DNA from: Ruminococcus sp.
GTDB taxonomy: Bacteria; Bacillota; Clostridia; Oscillospirales; Ruminococcaceae
Assembly (NCBI GenBank): GCA_017442845.1
Contig: JAFRYW010000102.1
Location: 1-50,488 of the forward strand
Length of the DNA stretch: 50,488 nucleotides
Direction: 5' to 3'
A program made the position numbers and the translations under genes. Below the pieces are notes generated by a model. That model saw nothing but the letters and a program-made list of their open reading frames with translations. It did no database searches and was not told the DNA's origin. The first letter of the stretch is position 1. Each line of letters opens with the position of its first letter. Below are positions 37,560-47,322 of the stretch, piece after piece.

Positions 37560-38138
37560 ATGAATTATGATATAGTGGCATTACCCAAAGAACAGTGGAA
37601 AGGAACAGCCATTCCTTTGACCACCAGAAGTGACAGTTATTATGACTTTGAGATAAGTCCGTTAAACAGCGAAGGATGTACTGTCTCAATTGTCAAGAAA
37701 CCTGTAGAAAAGGAGATCGTCCATACGCCGGATGAATATGATTTTCCCGATTCACTTTATCAAGATCATTGGGAAGGGGCGGAAGCATACGGTGTTGTGA
37801 GTGATGACGGTGAAATGATGGCTTGTATCGAAGTTTGTCCCGAGGAGTGGTCGAACAGACTTATGATTACAGAGCTATGGGTAAGCGAAGCGCTTCGAGG
37901 GAAAGGCATCGGAAAGAGGCTGATGGATAAGGCAAAGGAAATCGCTCTCAATCAGAAAAGGCGTGTAATAATATTGGAAACTCAATCCTGCAATACAAAC
38001 GCGATCGGATTCTATCTTCATCAAGGGTTTGAACTGATCGGTTTTGATACTTGCTGCTATACAAACAATGATATCGGCCGCAGAGAGGTCAGGATCAACC
38101 TCGGTTACTTTTTCCACAGAGAAGAGCGCAGAAGATAA
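37560..38138 (+). CDS. GNAT family N-acetyltransferase
   Basis: VSEALRGKGIGKRLM acetyl-CoA motif, LETQSCNTNAIGFYLHQGF; AT-richer codons than the flanks. Confidence 0.9.
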   Translation: MNYDIVALPKEQWKGTAIPLTTRSDSYYDFEISPLNSEGCTVSIVKKPVEKEIVHTPDEYDFPDSLYQDHWEGAEAYGVVSDDGEMMACIEVCPEEWSNRLMITELWVSEALRGKGIGKRLMDKAKEIALNQKRRVIILETQSCNTNAIGFYLHQGFELIGFDTCCYTNNDIGRREVRINLGYFFHREERRR

Positions 38139-38274
38139 TGCGTGATCCATGCGGTAAACCTCACATATTCTGATTTATCTTAACAACCGTATAAAAAATA
38201 ATGCCCCTAAGCGCATAAACGCTTGGGGGCAAAACTTCTATATGGGTATTCGTCTTATGCCGTGCGGTTTTTCC

Positions 38275-40767
38275 TTATATCGAAATGTATTTCTCTTCAA
38301 ACTCGCTTAGCGGTATCGCCTTGTCAAAAAGCCAGCCCTGCGCCATATTGTAGCCGATAGAGCTTAGGAAATTTGCCTGCTCCTCCGTCTCAACGCCCTC
38401 GAAGATGACCTCCTTGTGCGTTGTGGCGATCAGCCGGCAGATCTGCTTGACATACTCACGCTCAAGCAGGTTCGTGGCGATGTTGTCGATAAACACCTTA
38501 TCGACCTTGACTATATCAACAGGCGCATTGAGCAGCACGCTCAGCGACGAATAGCCTATGCCGAAATCGTCAATGTCGATCTTGAAGCCGTAGTCACGCA
38601 GCTTGCTCATATACCTTATCATAATGTTTACGTCCTCGACAAATGCGCTCTCTGTTATCTCGATCTCGATCAGGTTCTTGTCAACGCCGTATGCGTTTGC
38701 CAGGGAGTTGACCCTGTCAACAAAGTTGTCCTTGCTCGAGTGGACACGTGAGAAGTTTACGCTTATCGGAACTAGCCGCCTGCCCTCTTCCTTCCACTTG
38801 ACGAAGGCCTTGAGCACCTGCTCGTACATATAAAAGTCAAACTCGATTATCAGCCCGACCTTTTCAAGCACGGGTATGAATTCATACGGCATCTTGTAGC
38901 TGCCGTCGGCATTCTTCCAGCGGGCGAGCGCCTCTGCGCCGATGATCCTTCTTGTCACAAGGTCGAATTTCGGCTGCAAGAACAGCTCGATCATTCCCTG
39001 ATCCATAGCAGTCTTGACCTCGCTTGCTATCGACTGGTCTCTTAAGCGCTCCTTCCTCATTCTCTCGCTGTAAATTCCGCAGAGAACATCGTCCGAGCCC
39101 TTTACAGACCTTCTTGCGAGGTTTGCGTTATCCATAGCTATTGTAATGTCAACGCTCTTGTCGGTTATAAAATACATTCCCGAGGATATGTTGATATCGC
39201 TTGCGGGGTAGTGCACCTTTTCCATATCGGCAAAGGTCTGGTTGCGCTTGTTTATAGCCTTTATGAGCTTATCTCTCGACTCTGCGGCATACAGCCCTAC
39301 GTAAAAGTCAGAGTATATGCGGCAAGAGAAGATCATTACCTCGGTGTCTCTTATACAGTCGGCAAAGTCGGTAAGCATACTGTTGCCCGCATCATAGCCG
39401 AAGTTCTCGTTAACGTATGAAAAATCGTTTATATCCGAGTAAACGACCGCATAGCAGCGCTTATCCTCAATGCTTTGAATATACTTTGCCGCCTTCTCCT
39501 TGAAGGTGTGCCTGTTGTAAAGCCCTGTGATAAGGTCACGCTCCGACAGCCGCTCGATAAGCTTTTTGTCAGAGTCGATGCGGCGCTTTAGCATCTGCTC
39601 TGTCTCTATTGAGGAAATACGCCCGTATATATTGGTTATAGTGCCGTTTTCGTCTGCGATGCTGGCATATTGCAGCTTATACCAGGTGTAGTCATCATCA
39701 AACGCCAGCGTGCGGTATTCGATAGTTCCCGTGGTCACGCCGAGCCTTGCTTCGGCAAGCGCCTTTTCGATCTTGTGCGTGTCCTCCTCGTGTATGAAGC
39801 CTGTATATTTTTTGTCGCCGAAATAATGCTCTATGTGGCTTGAATATCTGCTTATATAGTTATCGTTATTCGGCAGGAAGAACTCATCGTTTATAACGTC
39901 ATAGTCGAAATAGATCTCGCTGGTCGTCTTTGCGATAAGCTCAAAGCGTTTGTTTTGCTTTTTGATCTCGCTTTCCTGCTGCTTTGACTTTGTTATGTCA
40001 TTTATTACCACGAATATCAGCTGCTTGCTGCCAAATCTCAGGAACGGCTTTGCCCTTGCTTCAAACCACCGCATGACGCCGTCGGGGCAGTTTATCTGAT
40101 ACTCGCCTCTTATAGGTATATTATCATTGATACATTTTTTAATGTGTTTGAGCATATTAGATGTATCTTCATTGGTCAAGAGCCAGCCCACCTTGCCTGT
40201 GTGCTTAGCCTTATCCTTAAAGCCGAGCGTCTCGTAGTAGTTGTCTGATGCCTTGATTATCGACACATTTTCTTTGTCATATTCATAAACCGCAACAGCC
40301 CCCGGTATGCCCGAGATTATCGTATCAAAAAGCTTTAGCGATAAAAGCTCGCTCGAATCGTTCCCCTTGAAAAGTGCGCCTATGGGCTTGTTGATGTAGA
40401 GGATAGCCTTTTTGCTGCCCTCGGCCCTGTTTACCCATACAAAATCCGTCACGGTGAAAAGCGTGCCGTCACAATGCTTCATATAATGCTCATAGCAAAG
40501 CACACCTGTCGGGTCGATCTCCGACTCGGCAAGCGTCTGTATGGCAGCCACGGTGTCATTGTCAAATAGCTCTAAAAGCTCAAGCCCTGCGTTTACCTGC
40601 TCCTGTGTATAGCCTGACATAGCGCAAAAGTTGTCGTCACACTTTACTGTCTTAAGACTTGTGATATCTATATGCAGTACACCGTAGTCTATATTATAAA
40701 AGTTTTCAAATCTGTTGTCATTTCCCACGATAATCACACCGCCATAACGTAATATTTGTATAGGCAT
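38275..40767 (-). CDS. PAS-GGDEF-EAL protein (degenerate GGDEF, intact EAL)
   Basis: DLITGLYNR, VNENFGYDAGN, RIYSDFY in place of GGDEF; GAEALARW, EITES, DDFGIGYSS; start uncertain. Confidence 0.88.
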   Translation of the reverse strand: MPIQILRYGGVIIVGNDNRFENFYNIDYGVLHIDITSLKTVKCDDNFCAMSGYTQEQVNAGLELLELFDNDTVAAIQTLAESEIDPTGVLCYEHYMKHCDGTLFTVTDFVWVNRAEGSKKAILYINKPIGALFKGNDSSELLSLKLFDTIISGIPGAVAVYEYDKENVSIIKASDNYYETLGFKDKAKHTGKVGWLLTNEDTSNMLKHIKKCINDNIPIRGEYQINCPDGVMRWFEARAKPFLRFGSKQLIFVVINDITKSKQQESEIKKQNKRFELIAKTTSEIYFDYDVINDEFFLPNNDNYISRYSSHIEHYFGDKKYTGFIHEEDTHKIEKALAEARLGVTTGTIEYRTLAFDDDYTWYKLQYASIADENGTITNIYGRISSIETEQMLKRRIDSDKKLIERLSERDLITGLYNRHTFKEKAAKYIQSIEDKRCYAVVYSDINDFSYVNENFGYDAGNSMLTDFADCIRDTEVMIFSCRIYSDFYVGLYAAESRDKLIKAINKRNQTFADMEKVHYPASDINISSGMYFITDKSVDITIAMDNANLARRSVKGSDDVLCGIYSERMRKERLRDQSIASEVKTAMDQGMIELFLQPKFDLVTRRIIGAEALARWKNADGSYKMPYEFIPVLEKVGLIIEFDFYMYEQVLKAFVKWKEEGRRLVPISVNFSRVHSSKDNFVDRVNSLANAYGVDKNLIEIEITESAFVEDVNIMIRYMSKLRDYGFKIDIDDFGIGYSSLSVLLNAPVDIVKVDKVFIDNIATNLLEREYVKQICRLIATTHKEVIFEGVETEEQANFLSSIGYNMAQGWLFDKAIPLSEFEEKYISI

Positions 40768-40903
40768 AGATACCCATATTTATTTTACCACAAAATAGGC
40801 AAATTAGCAATAACTTTATAAAATTTCGTCATTTTGGACATTCAAATTGTACAGATCTCACAATTGCCCCTAAAGCTATGATACAGACATGTGAGAGTTT
40901 TAT

Positions 40904-42070
40904 TTACCTTATCTCACGGGATCTTTTGACGGTAAGCTTGAGTGCACAAAGTAAAACAGCTACAAGTATAGCTGCGGCGGGCATTACGGCCATAGCCTTC
41001 CCGTAGCCGACCCCCTCAACGAGCGAGCCGAAAAAGGCGTTGAACCCTATGTCAAAGAAGGTTCCAACGCTTAAGATCAGCCCCGTGGCCGACCCAGCGC
41101 AGGAGGGGTCAAAGAACCTGCCGATAAGCATAACGAGCATCGGGTAGATTATCGAAAACGCAAGCCCCGAGGAAACCAGCAGCATCATACCTCTGCGCCC
41201 GAGGGCTATCCCCGCAGTGTAGAGCACCGCCCCCACGCAGGAGCATACGATCAGGCACCTGAAAATGCCGACCTTTTCAATAAACGGTGCAAATATGAGC
41301 CTTCCCACAGTTATCCCGCCAAAAAACAGCGAAAGGTAGGCAGCCGACCTGCTTACCGAGTAGCCGAGATGCTCGCTGCCGTAGGAGGTGAGCCAGTTCA
41401 TAAGCCCGTGCTCTGCCACAAAATAGCAGCCGCAGATTAGTATCAGGAATATGCTCTGCCTTTGTTTTAGTATCATAAGGGGGCTCGTCTTTTGCTTTGC
41501 AGGCTCGGGGTCGGGCAGTCTTAGGGTGAAAAGCAGTGCTAAGCAAAATAATGCCAATGAAAGGATGATCAGGTTCGCCGTGTGCCACGAGGAAAGCCTG
41601 TCGGCATACCGCCCGCCGATATTCTGCGAGACTGTGATACCAACGCCCTGCAGGAAGTTGAGCACGCTGACCACTGCCGCAGGGGAGGCGAACATAAGCG
41701 GTATCAGCACATTTACCGAGGTTGACAGCATCGTAGACCCGCCCATTGAGAACATCATACACACAAGCAGCAGCGCATAGCTTTCAGTCAGCACATACAT
41801 CAGCAGCGCCGCAGCCCAGAGGCAGAGCACCCCGCCTATAAAGCGCCTTCTCGGCAGCCTGTCGGAAAGCCACCCGCCAAGCGATAGAAAAAGCAGGTTG
41901 CCGATATAGCTTATCATTATAATGTGCGATGCACTCGTTTCACTCAGCCCAAAGCTTTTCTTAAACTGCGGCAAAAAAACGCCCCTGAGCGAGTCGGAGG
42001 CTGCCGTTATCGTCATAAGCACTGCACAAAACAGCAGCGCTGTAAGTTTTTTATTTCTTTTTTGTTCCAT
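40904..42070 (-). CDS. MFS transporter
   Basis: About 12 TM helices; GWLSDRLPRR motif A. Confidence 0.85.
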   Translation of the reverse strand: MEQKRNKKLTALLFCAVLMTITAASDSLRGVFLPQFKKSFGLSETSASHIIMISYIGNLLFLSLGGWLSDRLPRRRFIGGVLCLWAAALLMYVLTESYALLLVCMMFSMGGSTMLSTSVNVLIPLMFASPAAVVSVLNFLQGVGITVSQNIGGRYADRLSSWHTANLIILSLALFCLALLFTLRLPDPEPAKQKTSPLMILKQRQSIFLILICGCYFVAEHGLMNWLTSYGSEHLGYSVSRSAAYLSLFFGGITVGRLIFAPFIEKVGIFRCLIVCSCVGAVLYTAGIALGRRGMMLLVSSGLAFSIIYPMLVMLIGRFFDPSCAGSATGLILSVGTFFDIGFNAFFGSLVEGVGYGKAMAVMPAAAILVAVLLCALKLTVKRSREIR

Positions 42071-42129
42071 AGCTTCTCCGCTTTTACATAGCTTCGGGCT
42101 GCTGCATTACCTGCAACAGCCCGCCTTTA

Positions 42130-42753
42130 TCACTTTAATATTACCTTGTCGTTTATAACGTAGATCACGTTTTCCTCAGCGTCGCTGTCCTCGTCCTCGT
42201 CATCATCGTCATCGTCCTTCTTTGATGAGCTTGAGGTGCTGCTGTCATCATCGTCATCGTCCTTATCCTTGCCGAAGATCTTGTCGGGGAAGAGCACGAA
42301 AATGTCAACAGCTATTACCGCTAAGATCAGTATTATCAGTATTATCGGTACGATAGGGCTGCCCTTTTTCTCCTGCTCGGCAGGCATACCCTGCTGCGGG
42401 AACGGGCTCTGATCGTAGCTTGCCCGGGGAACGGGGTTAGGCTGCTGATACACAGGCTGCTGCTGAATAGGCGGCTCTGTAAAAGCAGGCTGCTCGATCA
42501 CGGGAGCGGGTGTGGGTATAGGTGCAGGTGCCGGCTCGGGTACGGGAACAGGTGCGGGAGCGGGCGCAGGTGCTGCATCAAGCTTAGTGCCGCAGCCGTT
42601 GCAGAATTTTGCTGTAGGGGAAAGCTCCTTGCCGCAGCTTGGGCATATCCTCTTAGCGGGGGCTTGCTGGTCTTCTATCTTAGCACCGCAGCCGCCGCAG
42701 AATTTAGTTCCGTCAGCAAGCTCTGTGCCGCAATTCTTACAAATAATGGACAT
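42130..42753 (-). CDS. Double zinc-ribbon membrane protein
   Basis: Four CxxCG motifs, Pro-rich linker, TM helix, acidic tail. Confidence 0.75.
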   Translation of the reverse strand: MSIICKNCGTELADGTKFCGGCGAKIEDQQAPAKRICPSCGKELSPTAKFCNGCGTKLDAAPAPAPAPVPVPEPAPAPIPTPAPVIEQPAFTEPPIQQQPVYQQPNPVPRASYDQSPFPQQGMPAEQEKKGSPIVPIILIILILAVIAVDIFVLFPDKIFGKDKDDDDDDSSTSSSSKKDDDDDDEDEDSDAEENVIYVINDKVILK

Positions 42754-42779
42754 AATATTCATTCCTTTCTGTGATAAAG

Positions 42780-43340
42780 CTATTCGTCGTCCTTACTGCC
42801 TGTCGCACTCTTTATTATATCAGAGAAAACGGCAGCGTCGGAAACAAAGTCAAAATCATCAATGACCTTGCCGTAGATATACCAGGTGTTATTCACTCTT
42901 ACAACGGTTATATCCTTAAGGTCGGTGCGCTTAAGGTTCTTTTGGTAAAGCTTGAAGCGTACCGAGAGCTTTTCTGCCTTGGTGATATCTACCCGCCTTT
43001 TAAAGGTCTTTACATAGTCCTTCTCAAGGGTCTCTATCGCCTTTTCATCAAGCTCCTCATGGCTGACTATGGAAACGGTCAGCTTCTGCCCGCTTGATGA
43101 TTCGGGGTAGAGAAAGCGTATAAATTCCTCGTTAAAATCCTTGCTGCTTTGATAGCTTTGCGAGGCGGCAGATGTAAAGCAGGCAAGATACCCCTGCTCG
43201 TCATATTCAAGCATAGTCCTTGCAAGAGTTCTTACGGGCTGCTCGTAGTTGACGCTCTGCTCCGCCTCCTTACCGCAGGAGGCAAGGGAAAGCGCAAGCA
43301 ATGCAGTCGTGAATAACATAATGATCTTTGTTTTTTTCAT
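42780..43340 (-). CDS. Hypothetical lipoprotein
   Basis: Signal peptide with LASC lipobox; C-terminal VRVNNTWY. Confidence 0.7.
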   Translation of the reverse strand: MKKTKIIMLFTTALLALSLASCGKEAEQSVNYEQPVRTLARTMLEYDEQGYLACFTSAASQSYQSSKDFNEEFIRFLYPESSSGQKLTVSIVSHEELDEKAIETLEKDYVKTFKRRVDITKAEKLSVRFKLYQKNLKRTDLKDITVVRVNNTWYIYGKVIDDFDFVSDAAVFSDIIKSATGSKDDE

Positions 43341-43410
43341 AATACTTTTTTATTCAAAAACAGACGGGAAATTTTTCTCCCGTCCGTCTTTTCTTTCTAG
43401 GTTTTGTTTA

Positions 43411-44172
43411 TTAGAAGCCTAAGCCGCCGTCAACAACGACCCACTTGCCGTCAACCTTTGCCATTGTAAATGTTACGGTATCTGTATCGTCATCGTCATC
43501 GCCCTTGATCTTGAGCTTCATCTTTACCTTGTAGCCCTTTGTTACCTTGACCTTAGCGTCATAGGTATCCTTGATATCGTCCTTGATATCGTCAAGCTTC
43601 TTGTCTGTGAGGGCCTTCTCTTCCTTGATGTCGTAGGTGATCTTGATGTCCTCACCGTACTCATCCTCAAGCTCGTCGCTGATGCTGTCAAGTATCTTCT
43701 CAACATACTCGTCGATATCGAAATCATCGCCGCGCTTATCCTCAAGATACTCGATCTGGTACTCGGGCATTGTATCCTTGTAGAGGTCGGGGTCATTCTT
43801 TGCGATAGCCTTGAAGTAATCATCAAGTGTGCCCTTGTAGGGGTGTGCAAAGATGAGGTTGAAAAGAACTATAATAACTATTATAGCCACTATCACGATA
43901 CCGCCGAGAACAACAAGGGTCGTCTTGTTGGGGTTTGACTTAAGGTTCTTGATATTCTCCATCGAGAGGGATTCCTTAGCCTTGTTGAAGCCGTCCTTCA
44001 CAGCGTCGCCTGCCTGTGAAGCGGCGTTTTGGAATGCAGCACCTGCATTGCTTGCTGCTGTGGGCTGGGGGGCTGCGGAAGGTGCACCGTTGCCTAGCTG
44101 TGCGCCGCAGGATGTGCAGAAGGTCGCATTATCATCGAGCTGTGCGCCGCAGGATGTACAGAATTTTGACAT
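43411..44172 (-). CDS. Zinc-ribbon membrane protein
   Basis: FCTSCGAQL twice, TM helix, acidic C-terminal domain ending KVDGKWVV; GGAGG RBS. Confidence 0.75.
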   Translation of the reverse strand: MSKFCTSCGAQLDDNATFCTSCGAQLGNGAPSAAPQPTAASNAGAAFQNAASQAGDAVKDGFNKAKESLSMENIKNLKSNPNKTTLVVLGGIVIVAIIVIIVLFNLIFAHPYKGTLDDYFKAIAKNDPDLYKDTMPEYQIEYLEDKRGDDFDIDEYVEKILDSISDELEDEYGEDIKITYDIKEEKALTDKKLDDIKDDIKDTYDAKVKVTKGYKVKMKLKIKGDDDDDTDTVTFTMAKVDGKWVVVDGGLGF

Positions 44173-44335
44173 ATTTTTTTCCTCCATATAAATAAGTTTC
44201 AAAGCATTAAAGCCTTGTTAAAAAAATATTTACTACATTTATAATAATATAATATTTAAACGTTTTTGTCAATAGGTTTCGGGGCTTTAATTTGCTAAAT
44301 CACAAAAATTTAGCGATTTTAAGCAAATAAGCGGT

Positions 44336-45493
44336 TTAGAACACATCAATTTCGGTATTATTGCTCATAATTACTCTGGGCACTCTGGAGGATATTCCGC
44401 AAACGATTTCGTAGCCTATAGTGCCCGTCATATCGGCAATATCGTCGGCGGTTATCATCTCTTCGCCGCTCTTGCCGATAAGAACGGCATAGTCGCCGAC
44501 CCTTACATTTTCTATATCAGTCACATCGCACATAAACTGATCCATACATATCCTGCCGGTGATCTTGGCTCTTCTGCCGTTTATAAGCACATAGCCCTTG
44601 TTTGAGAGCGCCCTTGGGTAGCCGTCTGCATAGCCGCAGGTGATAGTTGCAAGGCGGGTGGGCCTTTGGGCGGTAAATGTCCTGCCATAGCTTACCTGGG
44701 TGCCGGGCTCTACTGTTTTTATCATTGAGATAGTCGCTCTTAGCGTCATAACGGGGGAGAGCTCAAAGGGCAGCGCCTTTGCTGTATTAGGCATGAGCCC
44801 GTAGAGGATAATGCCGAGCCTTGCAAGGCTGCTGCGGGGGTCGGGGCGGTAAACGCCCGCCGCCGAGTTCATAAAGTGTGAGTGCCTAAGCGTGATGCCG
44901 CGCCTTTTGAGCTCGTCTGTCACGGCTATGATCTTTTGCTGCTGCATATCTGTGTAGGTGAAGTTGTCCTCACCGTCGGAGTCGGCAACGGCGAAGTGGG
45001 TGAACACCCCTTCGAGGGCTATGCCTTCAAGCGCCGAGACCCTTTCGATCTCGTCAGCGCAGCTCTCGACCGTGCCACGAACGCCTATCCTTGTCATTCC
45101 CGTATCTATCGCACAGTGACACCTTACTGTTTTGCCGTTTGCGTGCTCGCTCAGTGCTTTGGCGTAGGAAAGCTCGGTTACCGCCTGTATTATGCTGTAT
45201 TCGCAGAGCTTCTCTGCCTCTTCGGGGCAGGTGTAGCCGAGGATAAGTATATCGCCCTTTACCCCGCAGTCTCTTAGCCTTATAGCCTCTGTGATGTTTG
45301 ACACGGCAAAGTATCTTACCCCATGCTTCTCTTGCAGGTAGGGGACTATCGCCCTGTCACAATGCCCGTAGCAGGACGCCTTGACTACGCACATAAGCTC
45401 CGTCTCCTCCGGGAGGAAGCTTTTGTAGTTCTCAAGGTTGCGGCTCACCGCATCAAGGTCAATCACTGCTTCGCAGCGCTTTAGGTAATCCAT
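44336..45493 (-). CDS. alr: Alanine racemase
   Basis: VVKASCYGH (PLP Lys), DTGMTRIG, GYADG, GRICMDQ, GTIGYE. Confidence 0.95.
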   Translation of the reverse strand: MDYLKRCEAVIDLDAVSRNLENYKSFLPEETELMCVVKASCYGHCDRAIVPYLQEKHGVRYFAVSNITEAIRLRDCGVKGDILILGYTCPEEAEKLCEYSIIQAVTELSYAKALSEHANGKTVRCHCAIDTGMTRIGVRGTVESCADEIERVSALEGIALEGVFTHFAVADSDGEDNFTYTDMQQQKIIAVTDELKRRGITLRHSHFMNSAAGVYRPDPRSSLARLGIILYGLMPNTAKALPFELSPVMTLRATISMIKTVEPGTQVSYGRTFTAQRPTRLATITCGYADGYPRALSNKGYVLINGRRAKITGRICMDQFMCDVTDIENVRVGDYAVLIGKSGEEMITADDIADMTGTIGYEIVCGISSRVPRVIMSNNTEIDVF

Positions 45494-45640
45494 TTTTCAT
45501 TCACTCTTTTCGATTTATTTGATGCCGCAGATCCAAGGCGGCAAAAATGTACTTTTTTGGAGGATCTGCTATTGAAATGCAGAAAAAAATGTGCTATAAT
45601 ATATGTGTATGTAATTTTTATGCAGCTTTTAGGAGGGGTT

Positions 45641-46237
45641 ATGGCAGAGGTTTCTCTTTTTCCTGCATATGAGCTTAGCAGTATAGATATTAACAGGACC
45701 TGCTGCTTTACCGGGCATAGGAGCGCAAAGCTCCCCGGGGAGGGCAACAGAGACCATGCGGGCATGAAGCGCCTTGAAAGCACGATAGAGCTTGAGCTCT
45801 ACGATCTGATAGATAGGAAAAACGTCTGCTATTTCATCTCGGGAATGGCAAACGGCATAGACCTTATCTGCGCCGAGGCGATAATAAGGCTGAAGCAGAC
45901 CACCCGCCCTGATATAGAGCTTATCTGCGCCGTGCCGTATGTGGGGCAGATCGGCGAGATGAAGACCTCGCAGGAAAGATATATCTACACTATGATCGAG
46001 CGCAGGAGCATGAAGACCATAACTCTTGCAACGAGCTATCATAAGGACTGCTACAAGGAGCGAAACATCTTTATGGTGGATAATTCGGCGTATATGCTTG
46101 CGGTGTATAAGCCCTCGCTCGGTGCATCGGGAACGCTGCAAACTATCAACTACGCCAAAAGGTGCGGGCTTGATATCAAGCTTATCGACCTTGACAGCAA
46201 CCCGCAGTTCTACTCCTCGTCAGAGGATAGATATTAG
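45641..46237 (+). CDS. SLOG-superfamily protein (DUF1273/YspA-like)
   Basis: CCFTGHR, FISGMANGIDL, RNIFMVDNS, SGTLQTINYA. Confidence 0.82.
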   Translation: MAEVSLFPAYELSSIDINRTCCFTGHRSAKLPGEGNRDHAGMKRLESTIELELYDLIDRKNVCYFISGMANGIDLICAEAIIRLKQTTRPDIELICAVPYVGQIGEMKTSQERYIYTMIERRSMKTITLATSYHKDCYKERNIFMVDNSAYMLAVYKPSLGASGTLQTINYAKRCGLDIKLIDLDSNPQFYSSSEDRY

Positions 46238-46345
46238 CTGCACCATTTACTATTATATAGCTTTTTATAAAAAAATTCAAGTACTTATCGTGAGGTTTGC
46301 GGTATTTTTGTATAAATGCCGTATGAAAGGGGAAAAATATACAAA

Positions 46346-47296
46346 ATGTCCAAAAAAAGAAACAAAAAGAAAAGGTCTCAGGCGCCGATAGCGCTGGTGT
46401 ATTTTGCAGCACTTTGTGTTTGCCTTGTAGTTGTCGGGGGAATGGTGCTCACACTTTTCCAAAGGTATGATATCCTTTCGCTCGGCAAGTCCGATTCGGA
46501 GGCGTATGAGGGCTATACCTCGGACGATTGCACCACGATACTGTTTGCACGCATCAACTCGAAGAATGTGCTGCACGATATGCTGCTCTACAGGCTCGAC
46601 CCAACTAAGGATAAGATCTTCCTTGTGCCGGTAACGCCGTATATGCTCGACCAGTCAACAGGCTATACTCTCAAGCAGACGCTTGAAAGCGGCGGTATGC
46701 AGACCCTTACCGATTCGGTGAGCAGGTGCCTAGGGGTGGATATTGACTACTATATGACTATAAGCAACGGCTCGTTTGACAATATCTGCGACCAGTTCGG
46801 CGGCTATACCTATACTGCCCTGGAGGATCTGTACTACCTCTCGGGGGATATGGAGTCGGAGAAAAACGACGTCACCATTAAAAAAGGCAGCACCCAGACG
46901 CTTATGGGCAGGCAGATCAGGCTTGTTATGACATACCCCGTGTTCTCTGAGGGCAGGCAGGGGAATATGAAGTTTATGGCGGCAGCGCTCGAGTCGATGG
47001 TGGCGGGGGCGTTCGCACTTCCCGATTCGACAAAGGGCAACCTCGATGTTTTCTATAACCTTGCCAAGAAAAAATCCGACACGACATTTACCGATGAAAA
47101 CTATAACGTTATGAAGGGCATACTTGTCGATATGCTCGCAAGGGGCGTGTCGCCTGCGGTCTCGCTCACACCTACGGGTACGTGGAATGCCGATGAGACG
47201 CAGTTCATTGTAAATGAAGCCTTCTGTGAGGAGCTGCAAAACCAGTTCACCCCCGCAGTAATGGCTAAAAAGATAGACGACAGCAGCAAGAAGTAA
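46346..47296 (+). CDS. LCP (LytR-CpsA-Psr)-like protein, degenerate
   Basis: Basic N-terminus, TM helix, LGVDIDYY...FDNICDQFGG, KGSTQTLMG. Confidence 0.65.
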   Translation: MSKKRNKKKRSQAPIALVYFAALCVCLVVVGGMVLTLFQRYDILSLGKSDSEAYEGYTSDDCTTILFARINSKNVLHDMLLYRLDPTKDKIFLVPVTPYMLDQSTGYTLKQTLESGGMQTLTDSVSRCLGVDIDYYMTISNGSFDNICDQFGGYTYTALEDLYYLSGDMESEKNDVTIKKGSTQTLMGRQIRLVMTYPVFSEGRQGNMKFMAAALESMVAGAFALPDSTKGNLDVFYNLAKKKSDTTFTDENYNVMKGILVDMLARGVSPAVSLTPTGTWNADETQFIVNEAFCEELQNQFTPAVMAKKIDDSSKK

Positions 47297-47322
47297 GTGA
47301 CGTAAAGCAAAGGAATGATGTT

